A stretch of DNA of 60,723 nucleotides, filler included, from Sphacelaria rigidula (taxonomy: Eukaryota): the NCBI GenBank assembly GCA_964200075.2. It is 10 parts of 10 records of this genome, joined end to end, with 100 filler letters (N's around TTAATTAATTAA, not from the genome) between each part and the next. Parts side by side here need not be neighbours in the genome. Positions count along the whole stretch, not along the records: positions 48,660 to 54,641 come from CAXNAA020023026.1; positions 54,742 to 60,723 come from CAXNAA020023027.1; 8 more parts are not named here. The stretch is one strand, 5' to 3'. Below the pieces are notes generated by a model. The model was given only the letters and a program-made list of their open reading frames with translations. It had not been told where the DNA came from and did no database searches. Position numbers and translations under genes: made by a program. Shown in pieces: positions 48,785 through 60,658 of the stretch. Positions within the stretch are counted from its first letter, which is position 1; each line of letters begins with the position of its first letter.

Positions 48785-50118
48785 CAAACACAAAATTTTG
48801 AAAGTGTAAAGTCCAAGTTGAGGTATGATCAATGACAAAACTCACTAGCAGCATGAACCCAATCCACTCCAGAGTGGAATATACACTAGGTTATTATACA
48901 TGGAATTGTGATGCACACGAACAAATAAATCACCCTTCCTTGCTTAGTTTCGGTGCTTTTGACGATATCACGACTGAAGCAAGTATTGAAAAGCCAGATA
49001 TCTGTCTCCCTTCAGCCTTATCCTCGAGAAGTCTTTTATGTCCAGACTTCGGGTTCGACTTGCTGGTGGTGATCAGTGTCCCTGCAATGGGGCGCGTTTT
49101 TTTAGTTTACATTGTATGCAGACATGAGTAATATGTGGACGCGCGTGTAGCTGCCGACTAACCACACGGCTGGAAGTAGGAGAGGGGGGATAGATGGCTA
49201 CTGGTCTTCATTTCATTCAATAACAGCTTGGACTTGTATGTGCTGACAACTTAGTTTCAGATGAGCCCATGCTTTCCCAGGAAAAATCACACAAGCGTCA
49301 TGATTTGGTTGCTTTCGTATATGAAATGGATAGGTGTCGCCATACGCCACCGCACCTAGCAAAAAAGCGAACGGGATGCGCAAGCGTTCCTGTGCTTTGC
49401 GTGGTTCGTTTTTTGTCGTCGTGACGAAGAAATACTCGTACAGCGTAGAGCCATGTTTCCACTTTGTTTTTTTCATTCGTCGCGCTTGACTCTGTGCTGT
49501 CGTGGTCATGATCCAGTTCATGTCGTTAGTGATGGTGGTGTTGATGTTCCATCGCCACTCTTCTGGGGTGGCCCGTCCTTACCTCGTGTCGGCGTGTTGG
49601 AAGAGAAAATGCATTCGGTTTATTGTGCCATCTTTTACCAAAGTCAAAATTGTAGGTGTCACCAATCCGCCAATCTGGGTTTGCAAACAGGATCATCTCG
49701 GATGTGTAAATGCACGTGTGCGTGCTGTGATGTCGCATCTCCAACATGGCAAGGGGTAGGTGCAAGAGTGATGAGCGGAACCAAGGGTTATGTCACATGC
49801 TACTCCGGCCTTGTCAATCATGTGATCCCGCTGCGTGTGTATTTGTGCTATTTTGCACTCGGGAGTCGACACAGGAGGGGAAAAAAACATATGATCTGGC
49901 TGTATGGATGGCGTGGCCGTACCGTCGATGCAAATCATCATTATTCACAGCTGGTTTCAAATGAGGTACTTGAGCGTGAGAGAGCAAGCCTGACATGCGT
50001 GTTGTGCGTGATGTCTTAACGACTGCAAGGTTTACGTTGTACTCTGGCAAGACGATCACATGCATACGATCATACGATATTTCGATGTGCGTGTGACTTC
50101 ACTTCTTGTGTGTTGCAG

Positions 50119-50286
50119 CTCTTAGAGGCCGAGGTAAACCGTGGTGAGCAGCCAATCCCTGCCTCGGCAGAAGCATTGTGGGGACCTCCAGACGAAGGAT
50201 CAGGGCGGGATGTGACTAGGGCACTCCGCAGACTTTTCGCGTCGGACGAGGACATCGGCGCTGCTCACACGCCAGGCGGCGGAGAG
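50119..50286 (+). CDS. Internal exon (56 aa) of unknown protein
   Basis: tgtgttgcag|LLEAEVNRGEQPIPASAEALWGPPDEGSGRDVTRALRRLFASDEDIGAAHTPGGGE|gtgggt; 168 bp, phase 0/0. Confidence 0.6.
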
Positions 50287-51964
50287 GTGGGTGTGATTCG
50301 GGTTTGTTTGGTGGTCGCATTTTTCGGTACGATGTAACATAACAGAGGGTCATGAAGAATGAGGTTGCTAAAATGGGGCTCAAGTGGCGCTCCAACAATT
50401 CACATGTTACGTGGAACAGTATTGGAAAAACAACAAACTGAGGAGTTTATTCATTGAAAATTCCCCTACCTTGCCTTGTTGCGCACTGTTGCTCCAGTGT
50501 CTAGAGCCGTTTGTGTCTCATTTGCATATTCGAAACGGCTCTCACCAGGTTAGGAGTGAGAGGAGATTGCTTTCGTCGGCTTCGTTCGGGTTAGTTTTTT
50601 GTCAAAAATTGTTCCGGAGTTTTGTCGGACTCTCTCGGCATGATGGAAGAGAAAATAGTTCCATGAGAAATATAGAGCCGCCGCTCGTGTTTCGAAGAAG
50701 AATTCCCGCTGCTGGAAACGTTTCATGAAGTAGAAATAGGCCTTTAGCGAATTTTCGCATGACTCGAAGCAAGCTCTTGACACCATTTTCCTCCAAGACG
50801 AGGAAATCCACTGAGAAGCGCCTTCTCCCACTTGGTGGCGGCCGTTTCGAGTGTACTAAAGGAATTCTAGATACCGGAGCAACAACGATAAGGCAACGTA
50901 GGAGAAATTTCGATAAATATAATCCTCAGCAGGTTGTTTTTCCAACACTATTTCACGTAATATGTGACTTTTTAGAAGGCGACTTGAACCTCATTTTAGT
51001 GTTGAATCTCAATTTTCAGGATCCTCCGTTGTATTCAATCTGCGTCTTGAATTGATACGAGAGTATACCGCAAAAAGGTAGAGTTGCAAGTTCACTCCCG
51101 AGTAACTTTCGATCATATATATACACACAAACACACCAATACATGGTGGATACCATATTTTTTTCGCCGTTGCTTTCGAATTTTGTCACATGATGCACTC
51201 CCGCCCACCGCCCCCCCGGCGTGGGGGGGGTTATGAGGGGTAGGGAAACGTCATGAATCACCGATTCAAAAACAGTGTGGCTCCTCACGTATCCGACCGA
51301 TGGCTCCCAACTGGAGATTGCACTGGGCGCAATGGCACCAGCCTCACATCGACGCAAATCTCCCCACCAGCCTGCGTGTGCACCCACTTTGTGGTGTACA
51401 CACGCCGCTAGCCGATGTCCTGCCGACAAGAACCCCACCGGCGTGTACCCTACAAGGAAAAAAAATACACGCATCCCACAATTTACCCCACTGGAGCACC
51501 GGCGACAATCTTGTGCCGGCAGACGAAGGGGTACCATGGTTCTGTCGACCCACGGCCTGCTCCGGTCCGCTACGCGTGTAGCGCTGAGACCGCGCCTGCG
51601 ACTAAAATCGGATGAATTCCCTCACGATCGCATGCCCACGATCCCCTCCGTGTCCGCTTAAACTGAATAAAGGAAAACGAACAGTTCACCGCAGGGGCGG
51701 AAGCCTTACTTATCATGTATCACCCTCCTGCCTGGCCCTGTCATCGAACATCCTCCTATACGCAACTTCCTCCGTCGAAAGCATCGGGCGGGGGGTCAGA
51801 AAAGATGTTCGGAAACGAATAAATCTCAATACTGCCGCGGGAAAACCCAGCCCTCGGTGAAACCTCTGTAAGTAAAAACCCGATTCCGAGGGAAAAACCC
51901 TCGACAGTGGCGCCATGCGCCGCACATAACCCAATTCTCACCACGTACAGGGGGTGGTGGGAGG

Positions 51965-52065
51965 GCAAATGAATTTTTTCAGAAAACACTCGGGACGCAC
52001 GAGCTACGGCAGCGATTCGAGATGTTGTAAATCGCTGATGGTCGTGACGCCCGTATCCCGTAGCT
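51965..52065. repeat. ~100-bp direct repeat (partner 52881-52980)
   Basis: TTCAGAAAACACTCGGGACGCACGAGCTACGGCAG.GATTCGAG...ATGGTC.TGACGCCCGTATCCCGTA occurs in both copies. Confidence 0.92.
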
Positions 52066-52858
52066 AAGTCAAACTGCAGCCTGGTTTGCCGCTGACTGCT
52101 GTCCACCCTACGGCTGCACGTTGGTCCCCGCCCCGCCTCCACCCATGGATCGCAAGGTTTGTGGTCTGCGGGTCGGTGTTGTCCCAAAGAGCAGCGGGGG
52201 GTGCGGGTTGTGCTGCCGTTGAACCGATGTGGAAGGTGCTTGATTCCCAGCCAGCCTCTGCAAATTTCCCGCGCGGGTCAGCGCGTACCCCTGGCGTACC
52301 TGGCCAGATCACCACTGGACGGGCCGGTGACGGCAGGAACACATCACCAGCGTCGGTAGTGAGCGGCCTAGCCGCCTCTGTGCCAGGACCCCTGACCGCC
52401 GCGTGGGAAAAGTCTCCATCATCGGGGCGGCTGACGGATGCTACGGGTCTCGCCCCTGATGAAACTAACTGTTGGACCACCTCCCTCGACTGACGAACCT
52501 CATCTGTAACCGAGGTCATCTTGGACCCCAAACCCTCCACGCTCGTCTTGGTGCCCTCAAGGTTGTCGGCGATGGTGTCCACGCGGTCGCTAATGCGGCC
52601 CATATTTTCGGTGATGTCGCCCGCCTGGTTGTCCAGAGTGTCGATCTTTTGAATCGTAGCCCGCGGCAATCCTACCGCCATCCCATTGTCGAGGGCGAGC
52701 CACCCCGACGCACGGTTATCAATGTGCGTGTCCCAACTGTGTGCCGCAGACCAGGTATAAGACGACCCCGTCTGGGGTGCAGGCGCAGAAGCGGGCGCCG
52801 CGGCCTTCTGTTTACCATTGCCCCCCGCCCCCGCCGACGCTCCTCCTGGCGATGGCAT
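52064..52858 (-). CDS. Intronless ORF (264 aa from MPSPGG) with central coiled-coil; possibly retroelement gag/ORF1-derived
   Basis: Long GC-rich open frame with heptad-like IDTLDNQAGDITENMGRISDRVDTIADNLEGTKTSVEGLGSKMTSVTDEVRQSREVVQQL, flanked by direct repeats. Confidence 0.55.
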   Translation of the reverse strand: MPSPGGASAGAGGNGKQKAAAPASAPAPQTGSSYTWSAAHSWDTHIDNRASGWLALDNGMAVGLPRATIQKIDTLDNQAGDITENMGRISDRVDTIADNLEGTKTSVEGLGSKMTSVTDEVRQSREVVQQLVSSGARPVASVSRPDDGDFSHAAVRGPGTEAARPLTTDAGDVFLPSPARPVVIWPGTPGVRADPRGKFAEAGWESSTFHIGSTAAQPAPPAALWDNTDPQTTNLAIHGWRRGGDQRAAVGWTAVSGKPGCSLT

Positions 52859-52880
52859 GTCGGTCGGAGCCGTGAGAGCT

Positions 52881-52980
52881 GCAAATGAAAACTTCAGAAA
52901 ACACTCGGGACGCACGAGCTACGGCAGTGATTCGAGGTTTTGTAACTAGCTAATGGTCATGACGCCCGTATCCCGTAACT
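52881..52980. repeat. ~100-bp direct repeat (partner 51965-52065)
   Basis: Same shared sequence as the partner copy at 51965-52065. Confidence 0.92.
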
Positions 52981-55219
52981 CACACACCTCGAGCTCACTC
53001 CACACCCCACCACTGTCGCTTAGTTGTGCTTGCGCCTTGCCCTTGTATCTCGGCTGCTTCCTACGCACTGAGGCTCTGAACTGACTAACGTACAGAATCA
53101 CATGGCATCTGTCCCGAAATGACGTGAAGACTTCAACCGCAATCCAGATCTGGGAAATTCCTATCCGCTTCTGCACAAAAGCTCGATTATTTTCAAACGC
53201 AGAATCTAACATTTTGTTGACCAACATATCTAGACCATGGCCATCCGCAGCTTGTGTCGTATTTTAGAAAATGACGGTAACATGGGCGAATGTATCGATA
53301 CATCAGAAGCGGCTGTTTCGAAAACCGCATACACCACATCATCTAGTCGGCCAAGAATTTCAGTAGATTGATACATGTAGTCGTGAACCATGTCGGGACC
53401 GATCCCCCACTAACACGGGGTTGACAGACCCGAACGACCAGCGCGGGGACTGTTACCGAGTGTGATGTCACTGCAAAGATCATGTGGGGGCCCTGTCCCT
53501 GGCCCAGATGGGCCTTCCCAGGTATGCAAATCCCGGATGCTCAGGACATTGCTTATCGTATTACTTGCATTCAGTATAGCGCTTCCGTGATTTCCCGGAT
53601 GTTTCTTGGGGTCGCCAGCCTATACTAAAACGTAGTAATTACACTAATACAGATTGGAGGGGGAAGAACTGGGAAGGAGTTTACATGCCACCCACAATGT
53701 GGTCATTTTCACGAGGCACTAAACCCAGCTATCGTCATAAGTTTCGCCTATCCCTCTGCCGATGAATGGCAAAACACAGTAAACATGTACATGGTGGGCG
53801 GGAACGAAGAAGCGGTATAACGCCGGCTATTTTTGGTAGCTGATAATTGCCCAGAACGTGCAAAGGGATATCCAGCGGTAGCTGCTGCTGCAGCCGGAGA
53901 GGCATACTGCACTGTACTCTATAGTACTGTATGTATGTGCGCCGCAACGCCTATACCCTTCGAAGAGAATTTGCCGCTTGCAAGAAAGAGGGAGATCGCG
54001 GCCCACCCCGACCACAAGGGGCTGTGTGGCAAGGTGATGAGGATTATAGTATCATCCAAAGCCACAAGTGGCGGGCGGCCCGCCGGTCGCCGCATCCTGT
54101 TGAAAGCTCTCTACGGCGACCCATAGTGCTCGTTCATCAAATGCACATTGCCTGATGCGCACCTCACCCGAAATACACGTTGTATCTGCACCTGAAAATA
54201 GATTGGATGAAACTTCGGTCTTCCTCCCAACCCTGCATGCGACGGTTGCGTACGTGGATTTTCACATGTAGCCACTGTTTCGTGCAGACGCCAGACACGA
54301 CATTCCTAACCAGCCTCATTGATCATTCTGGAGGCCCGGTCCCGAAGGGGTTGACTGACTCATTTCAAACTCAAGTAGCGGTTCAGAAGCCTGAAACCAG
54401 ATTATGTGGTTGGTACAGTGTGGGGTCGTAGCATAGTGCGTTCATGCCGGGCTGACCGCTCAAATAACGATGCTAGGACCTCGCACTAGTGTACTGCAGG
54501 TGCTTTTTACTAATATAGCTAGGGCTGTGAACTAGCTGCTTTGGCCAGTTTTGTTTAAACTGGCCGCGCAAGCCGCCAGTGTGTGTTGTGTTGTGTTGTC
54601 GTCCCATTTATTCTGGGCACCAGTCTACACCTTTCGGTGTANNNNNNNNNNNNNNNNNNNNNNNNNNNNNNNNNNNNNNNNNNNNTTAATTAATTAANNN
54701 NNNNNNNNNNNNNNNNNNNNNNNNNNNNNNNNNNNNNNNNNTCTCGAAAGGGATGCGTGGTCAACGGTCAAACGACTAAGGCAAGCAACAAATGAGTACG
54801 CCCCCCCCCCCCCCTAAAAAAGAGCATTCTTTTTCCGGGAGTACATATATTTCGAAACATATTGTTCTTCCTTTACTGGTGAAACATTCACAGTTCCCCA
54901 CGGCCCATCTTTTCGCACGAGAGACCATTTGACCAGCGCAACTGCCCACGTGCAGTAGACCGTGGTAATATTTGATACTGCGGCGTCGACCCGTTTCTAC
55001 CAGCAGACGGGAAAACGCCGTGGGCTGCTGCGGTTCTCCGAGTAGATTCATTGGATTTTCGGGACACTTTCTCTAATGAGCAGTGCATTTTCGCTCGTAG
55101 ACGCTTTGATGCCTACATGATTTCAACAGCCTACTACTGCGTTGTGAGACGTCTAGCTTCATGACGATTTGGATTGATTTCTGTCCAATATGGTAGGGCG
55201 GGTTGCTGTACTTCCCTAC

Positions 55220-55390
55220 CTTGATCAGTTTGCGTCCGCGTTGGTGGGCAGAGCGTCCGAACAACTGAAGAATTTTGCTGGAATGTTTGTGGTTGTTGGT
55301 GCTGAGGTCCATCTCGACGCTTCCTGATGTTTCCATATCGGCAATGGCCGGTGAGTTGCTTGTCGTTGCTCCCGTCTCGCTGATGACGAT
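55220..55390 (-). CDS. F-box/XPA-like protein, exon 7 (gene probably continues)
   Basis: ttccaccag|IVISETGATTS...HQRGRKLIK|gtaggg; 171 bp, phase 0/0. Confidence 0.65.
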
Positions 55391-55681
55391 CTGGTGGAAC
55401 AAAGCATGCGCAAGAATCCGCCTTTTGAATATTGGGCTGAAGAATCGAGCGGGTACATTAGCGAAGCGTGCTGGTAACGTTCGCAAAGTTTCTGACTAAG
55501 AAACGGATGGGTGCGCCGAATTTCACCCGTCGAAACCCCCGCTTCCGAATAATTCTTGTTAGCTGCTAGTGTGCGGAGCCAACCATATTATCAGTGATGC
55601 GCATTTGCCGCATGGCCTTGCTTCCTTATATACAATGACGATACAAAGCCCACGTGCGCAACTACGTCCCTAGTATCTCAC

Positions 55682-55863
55682 CGTGGGTCCGTTCTCAAAG
55701 AACGCGTCATTCACCACGGTGAAGAACCCATACTTCTCCCCATGCACAGAGTGGAGTCGCTGTTGGTTCATACCGACATGATTGACCTCGCGCTCCGGCG
55801 TCTGCAGCGTGCGAGATCTTGTTCGGTAGAACTTGCGAAGGGTCGAGCGCCCAGTCGAAACGC
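55682..55863 (-). CDS. F-box/XPA-like protein, exon 6
   Basis: atcgttag|(G)VSTGRSTLRKFYRT...YGFFTVVNDAFFENGPT|gtgaga; 182 bp, phase 1/0. Confidence 0.7.
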
Positions 55864-56270
55864 CTAACGATATGACGAGATCAGAAGACAGATTTTGCGA
55901 GGGAGTCATTACGAGCGACCACTACTACCATGTCATGCAGCCGGACCGTGTGCGAGTGTACCGGTTCAACTGCTTCCGAAAACAAGGGTAGACTAGTACA
56001 CGCACAAAACTCCTTTCCTTCACCACCGCTCCCCACTCAACCTCAAACCATCCTACGGTAACACAGGAAGGAAGGAATTGACAACGGCTGATCGCAATCA
56101 ATGCTGTGTCTGCTTGAGGACGTCGAGTTTTCGCCCTCGAGAATAAATTAAACGTGGTGATGGCAGGTTGGGCGGGGAAACGTACACCCCCTAGAATTCC
56201 CTCGCGACGCACCACTGTGATTACTTGTGCTCGTCACATATTGCCTCGAGTTAGTGCAGCTCATCTGTAC

Positions 56271-56479
56271 CTGCTTCAGGAGTGGTGAAAGTGTTTGCCG
56301 ATCGTAATGAAAAAGGAGGTGGGGAAGATGCCACCCCCCCAACCGCCATCTGCGCTTTTTTTGTCGTCTCTTCCTCTTGGACCAGGGAATCCAACGGTAG
56401 ATGAGGTGCACTGGGGGTGTACCGGGCGCTCGTACTCTCTCTAGCCAAGGCGGCGTTAAAGGCGGTTTCCGACCCCCAC
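56271..56479 (-). CDS. F-box/XPA-like protein, exon 5
   Basis: gacag|(R)WGSETAFNAALARE...TFTTPEA|gtacag; 209 bp, phase 2/1. Confidence 0.75.
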
Positions 56480-56753
56480 CTGTCGCCCATCATTGCGGAA
56501 GATTGACAAATACAGGGAAGTGTGCATGTATGGCATGGTGCCGAAAAATGAACGCACTGTAGGGAATGTTGCTAGGACAGCCAACAAGCTGCATGTATTC
56601 CTTGGACAGTTGCCTTAATTGAGATTATGGCACAGGCGCTTAATCAAACAGGAAGTTTGAGGGGGCGCAGTAGCTTTGGACTTCGCGGGCATCTTGTGCC
56701 CGAAATGTTGGAGCTAGGTAGGGTGTCTGCTGGACGCATTTGTGTTGTTGTAC

Positions 56754-56906
56754 CTGGCTACTGCTGACGCCTTCGCTGCACTGCACGTTGTGATGGTCAG
56801 CCCTTGCCCGTTGGAGAACGGCGTACACTCCTTCGCGTCCTCAACGTAGATAGAGGGGAGCATATCTACCTGCTCGGGTCTGAGCAGATACTGAGACCTT
56901 GCGTAG
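56754..56906 (-). CDS. F-box/XPA-like protein, exon 4
   Basis: ccccgtgtgccag|(S)YARSQYLLRPEQVDMLPSIYV...SAAKASAVA|gtacaa; 153 bp, phase 2/2. Confidence 0.8.
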
Positions 56907-57176
56907 CTGGCACACGGGGAGAAAAGACGTCTGAGCAGGGGTGTGTATTGCTCTGTACGGGGTGTTCATCACGTAGGTGTACGTGACACTTGCAGCTTGC
57001 GTATGCAACATGCAGCGACCGCTTTTCTCTCATTTCTTTGATGCGTACTCTTCTTGCGACATGCGCATAGATCGGAATTTATATAAGGAATAAGTGGCAC
57101 ACAGCAAGAAGCGCAAAGAGTACCCACAACACCTCTGGGTGTGCCAATGTTGCTCTCACCGAGAGGATTTCCGCAC

Positions 57177-57310
57177 CTGTGACTACACATTTGCACTCTT
57201 TCATCACTGCGAAAGCAGGTGAGGCACACCCGCGTACACGTTAGCGCGAAGAAGCCGTTAGTCGGAGTCTTGCAGAAAGCGCAACGGCGTGTCGATAGCT
57301 CGGACACCAC
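57177..57310 (-). CDS. F-box/XPA-like protein, exon 3 (C4 zinc finger)
   Basis: ctcgccag|VVSELSTRRCAFCKTPTNGFFALTCTRVCLTCFRSDERVQMCSH|gtgcgg; 134 bp, phase 0/2; C-x2-C-x15-C-x2-C. Confidence 0.82.
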
Positions 57311-57545
57311 CTGGCGAGACACGATAGCACCGCCGTCGGAGAATAATGAGACAATGCTGAGGTTGTATCCTTGAGTAATCTGGACAGAGTACTCGTTCTT
57401 GCATATTTTCCTGTAGATGACATATTCTCACAGGCCATGATCACTCACAACAATGGCCAGCAAGGGAGCTCTTGGAATGGTTTTCATCATACCGTTCGTG
57501 GGTGACAACGTGATCGGAGCGCCCTTGCTGTGGCTCATCTCTCAC

Positions 57546-57684
57546 CTGCTTGCTAGAGAAATAAGACGAGAGCTCGCGTACCCTCGTCTCTCCCAGCGGA
57601 GACAAGAGGTCGACGGTAGAGAGAAATGGCCGCCACAACGACTCGTTCGCGTTGAGTTCAAGCCAAGCCTTGTTGATGAGCGCA
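57546..57684 (-). CDS. F-box/XPA-like protein, exon 2 (F-box second half)
   Basis: ttctaccag|(S)ALINKAWLELNANESLWRPFL...SYFSSKQ|gtgaga; 139 bp, phase 2/0; (V/I)xKxW...(D/N)..LW F-box signature. Confidence 0.85.
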
Positions 57685-58019
57685 CTGGTAGAATGCATCG
57701 GATGGTAAAGCGTGATTTCGCGGGTTCGGTCGGAGGGAGCGGCGCCATGTAAAATTCACACAGATTTCGCACGCGTAATAATGGGCAATCGCGGTTTCCG
57801 GTTTCAACTGCTGCAGCCAACATCGGTCCGATCGTCGTTCCCAAATTTCAGTAGATGGTATAGGAGATGTTACGGAAACGGATCATGCCAAGACGAAGCA
57901 GTCTTGTTTCACCCTGAAACATTGCCTACAATATGCGCACGTTTTCGGTCTTCCTTCCACACTCAGTGCGGATAGGATGTGGCCACCTTTCCCGCTGGCG
58001 CGTTAAAAACATTTTCTGG

Positions 58020-58152
58020 CTGCCTGTCTGTCTGTCTGTCTGTCTGCCCGTCTTTCTTCCTCTGCGCCCCCCCCCCCCTCCCCCCTCCTCACACACACAC
58101 AGACACACACGCAAACACACACATACCCACACGCAAACACACACGCACGCAC

Positions 58153-58187
<35 letters not shown>

Positions 58188-58238
58188 CATACACACAGTC
58201 ACAGGCACAGGTGCAGACACAGACACACAGACACACAA
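58020..58238. repeat. Compound microsatellite (CTGT)n, poly-C, (CA)n, (CAGA)n in intron 1 of the F-box gene
   Basis: Read directly from the sequence. Confidence 0.9.
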
Positions 58239-59282
58239 CCACGCGCGCATGGGGGGTTGATGTAGGTGTGGGCAGTCCGAAGGTCCAACGCACACGAGAA
58301 ATTCGATCGTCACCTTAGCACATTAGCATGGTGTACGAGCTTTCAAGGGTGCACCCAATAATATCACCGCCAGGGACTGAGCGAATACGTTGCAGTTCAA
58401 GGGGATTTTAAGTTGTCCTGAAGCAATTCGCCGCGAGAGGAGCAATGGGATATGCTATTTGTGTTTTTCGGTATACTGTACGATATGCACAAAGTCTTGT
58501 TGCACCAACAACATGGTTCTTAGCAACTGTTGCCTTCGGAAGTTAATCTAGTCTTTTGCGCGGCTTCCCAGGTAAGACCCATCGCTACCGATGACCCCCC
58601 CCCCCCCGCACGCGCCCCCTCCTTTTGTTTCTTCACGTCCTCCGTACACGTCCTTCTTTCATCTGGTTCGTGGAATGTTGCACGACTCGTTTTCGGTCGC
58701 AGTGCTGGTTTCGTGCACTTTGGCGCAGGCACAGACCCAAACCCAATACTACACAAACAACGACTGCACTGCATGTAGATGCCAGTTTCCTCTTTTCGGG
58801 GGCGATTATGATAATATTGGGCATGGCACCATGTACTAAGATGCGGCATGGAGGACGTGGACCTCAATCGTCTACCTGTCTGTACCATAGAGTGAAACTG
58901 TCGATTTCCCTTTTCTTCAGGTGGTGGTGGAAAGGTGATAAAGCCAACAAGGCAGACGCAACACTACTTTGTCGTGACGATTTAGTCCATTTTTTTTTCA
59001 AGTGGATGCGATCAAGCTCGACAGGCACGTAGAGCATCACGCCAGTATGATTCATTGAGTAGTTGCATCGTGAATATTGATGTGTGCGTTTCTCTTTCTC
59101 GACCGCAGTGTCGGGTCGACCCAATCTATTCAAAACCTCGAAAGAAAGGCCAGGACTGAGCGAGTAAAAAATCACACAGGATCTTGTGACAAGTCACGCC
59201 GCCTGCGTTTATACCGTTCGCACATGTAGACATGAAACAGCACAGTACTGCAGTGCCTCCTGCAGCAACACCGCGCGCCCAC

Positions 59283-59377
59283 CTGAGTCCCAAATCTTTA
59301 ACGGGCAGGAAAGAGGCGACAAGACCAGCGGTAACGTCATCGAGCAGAGGAAATGACGCCGTAGTCATGGTAGTCAT
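59283..59377 (-). CDS. F-box/XPA-like protein, exon 1 (F-box first half)
   Basis: MTTMTTASFPLLDDVTAGLVASFLPVKDLGL-AG|gtgggc; 95 bp, phase 2, joining exon 2 in frame; L.DD.....V.SFL..KDL F-box pattern. Confidence 0.8.
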
Positions 59378-60393
59378 GTTGTTCAGCTTGATGGGCGTTG
59401 ACCCTACCCTGCCAGCAGCAGTTCGAAGTCTGTTGACACGGTCGGGGCTGCCGTTTCTTCTGCAATTGTCATTGATGTCCGTACTTATTGCACCAGTACG
59501 GCGCTTGGGGGTTGGGATGAAGAGATGAGTGGACATACCAAGTTTTGGGTGTACGGGCCTATGGCTGTCGTGTGAGAAGTGTGCTCTGTGCCTCTGGCTT
59601 GCGCTACTGTACTCCAGGGGCTGGAAAATAACCTTGAAATCGTGCGGACGTGTAATTATTGCACGAAGGTGGAGACACCTCCATGCACTCATGGCGTTCG
59701 TTTAAAAGGGATCACGATGTCAGTCGCATAACAGTAGAAGGTCGCCACGTCGCTGGCACTGCAATATACAGCTATCCATTGTGTCAGCTGATACGCCACC
59801 TTTCCCGTGGTACATGCGCGGTATGCATGTCATCGAAGCACACGCGATCGATCCACATGGAGTGGTTGCTGTGGATGCTCGTAATGTCCCTACAGTCTGC
59901 ACCGTCAAAATATCGACCTTTTCCAGTTTGATTAGGGACGCGCTCTTGGTCGAATCAACGTTTTTATTTTACATTTTTCGACGGGGTATCGATTTTGATA
60001 TTGACATGATCGCAACGGACGGCTTTCCGCGAGGGGCCACGGTCCTACGAATGACGCAACTGAGTTGTGTCGGTTTGAATGCCAGTGGAGGTAATAACAA
60101 GTGTTGTCTTCAGGTCTGGACAGGCCAGTAAGCTTGATGAGTCGGTCTACTGGCCATGGAACGTTGCGGAAGCTTCTACCCCCTGGCGATGCTCATATCC
60201 AGAATCCGGTCACTTGTCCAGTCTGCTCCGCGGAAATGACCTCGTGGTGAGCAATATTGCAAAAGTGTGGGTATCCAATGTGTGTGGATATCGGCGTACG
60301 ACCAAATCAAAGCCGATACCGTCATACAAGCACGCCATCTGGACGCCGGGAGCATTGCGCAAAGCACAACACAACATACAGCATCGTTTTCGT

Positions 60394-60658
60394 GAGATTG
60401 AAAGTAGAGCCCTGATTGAGAGTGGCCTTGATCATTATTTTAGCGTTGACTCGACCGATTTTCCATCTATCGTGTGTTTTTCTTTGCCTCGATCACTGGC
60501 GGCATGTGCTTACAACTACACGTCGATATCCCATTCAGGGATATCACGGGCCTCAGTGGCAAGATACTACAGAAATCACCTTGGGCCTCGTGGAGGGGCG
60601 TTTCGGAACTGAAACGAGTCATTCACTAATTAATTGACCATTCTTCACTCTCAATCTC
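60394..60658 (-). mobile_element. MITE family A, complete copy with TIRs
   Basis: Ends GAGATTGAAAGT ... ACTCTCAATCTC (11/12 inverted match); interior homologous to 1445-1675 and 13185-13455. Confidence 0.8.

Noticed and set aside
54894..54998. Exon 8 of the F-box/XPA-like gene (KRVDAAVSNITTVYCTW...)
   Set aside because: Open in phase 0, but the splice signals are weak and there is no homology support.
58020..58190. Functional hairpin from (CTGT)n / (CAGA)n
   Set aside because: Complementarity between simple microsatellites in an intron, with no evidence of function.
25316..59377. NADAR + F-box/XPA + PWP2 as a clustered DNA-damage system
   Set aside because: The genes lie on different, arbitrarily concatenated contigs.
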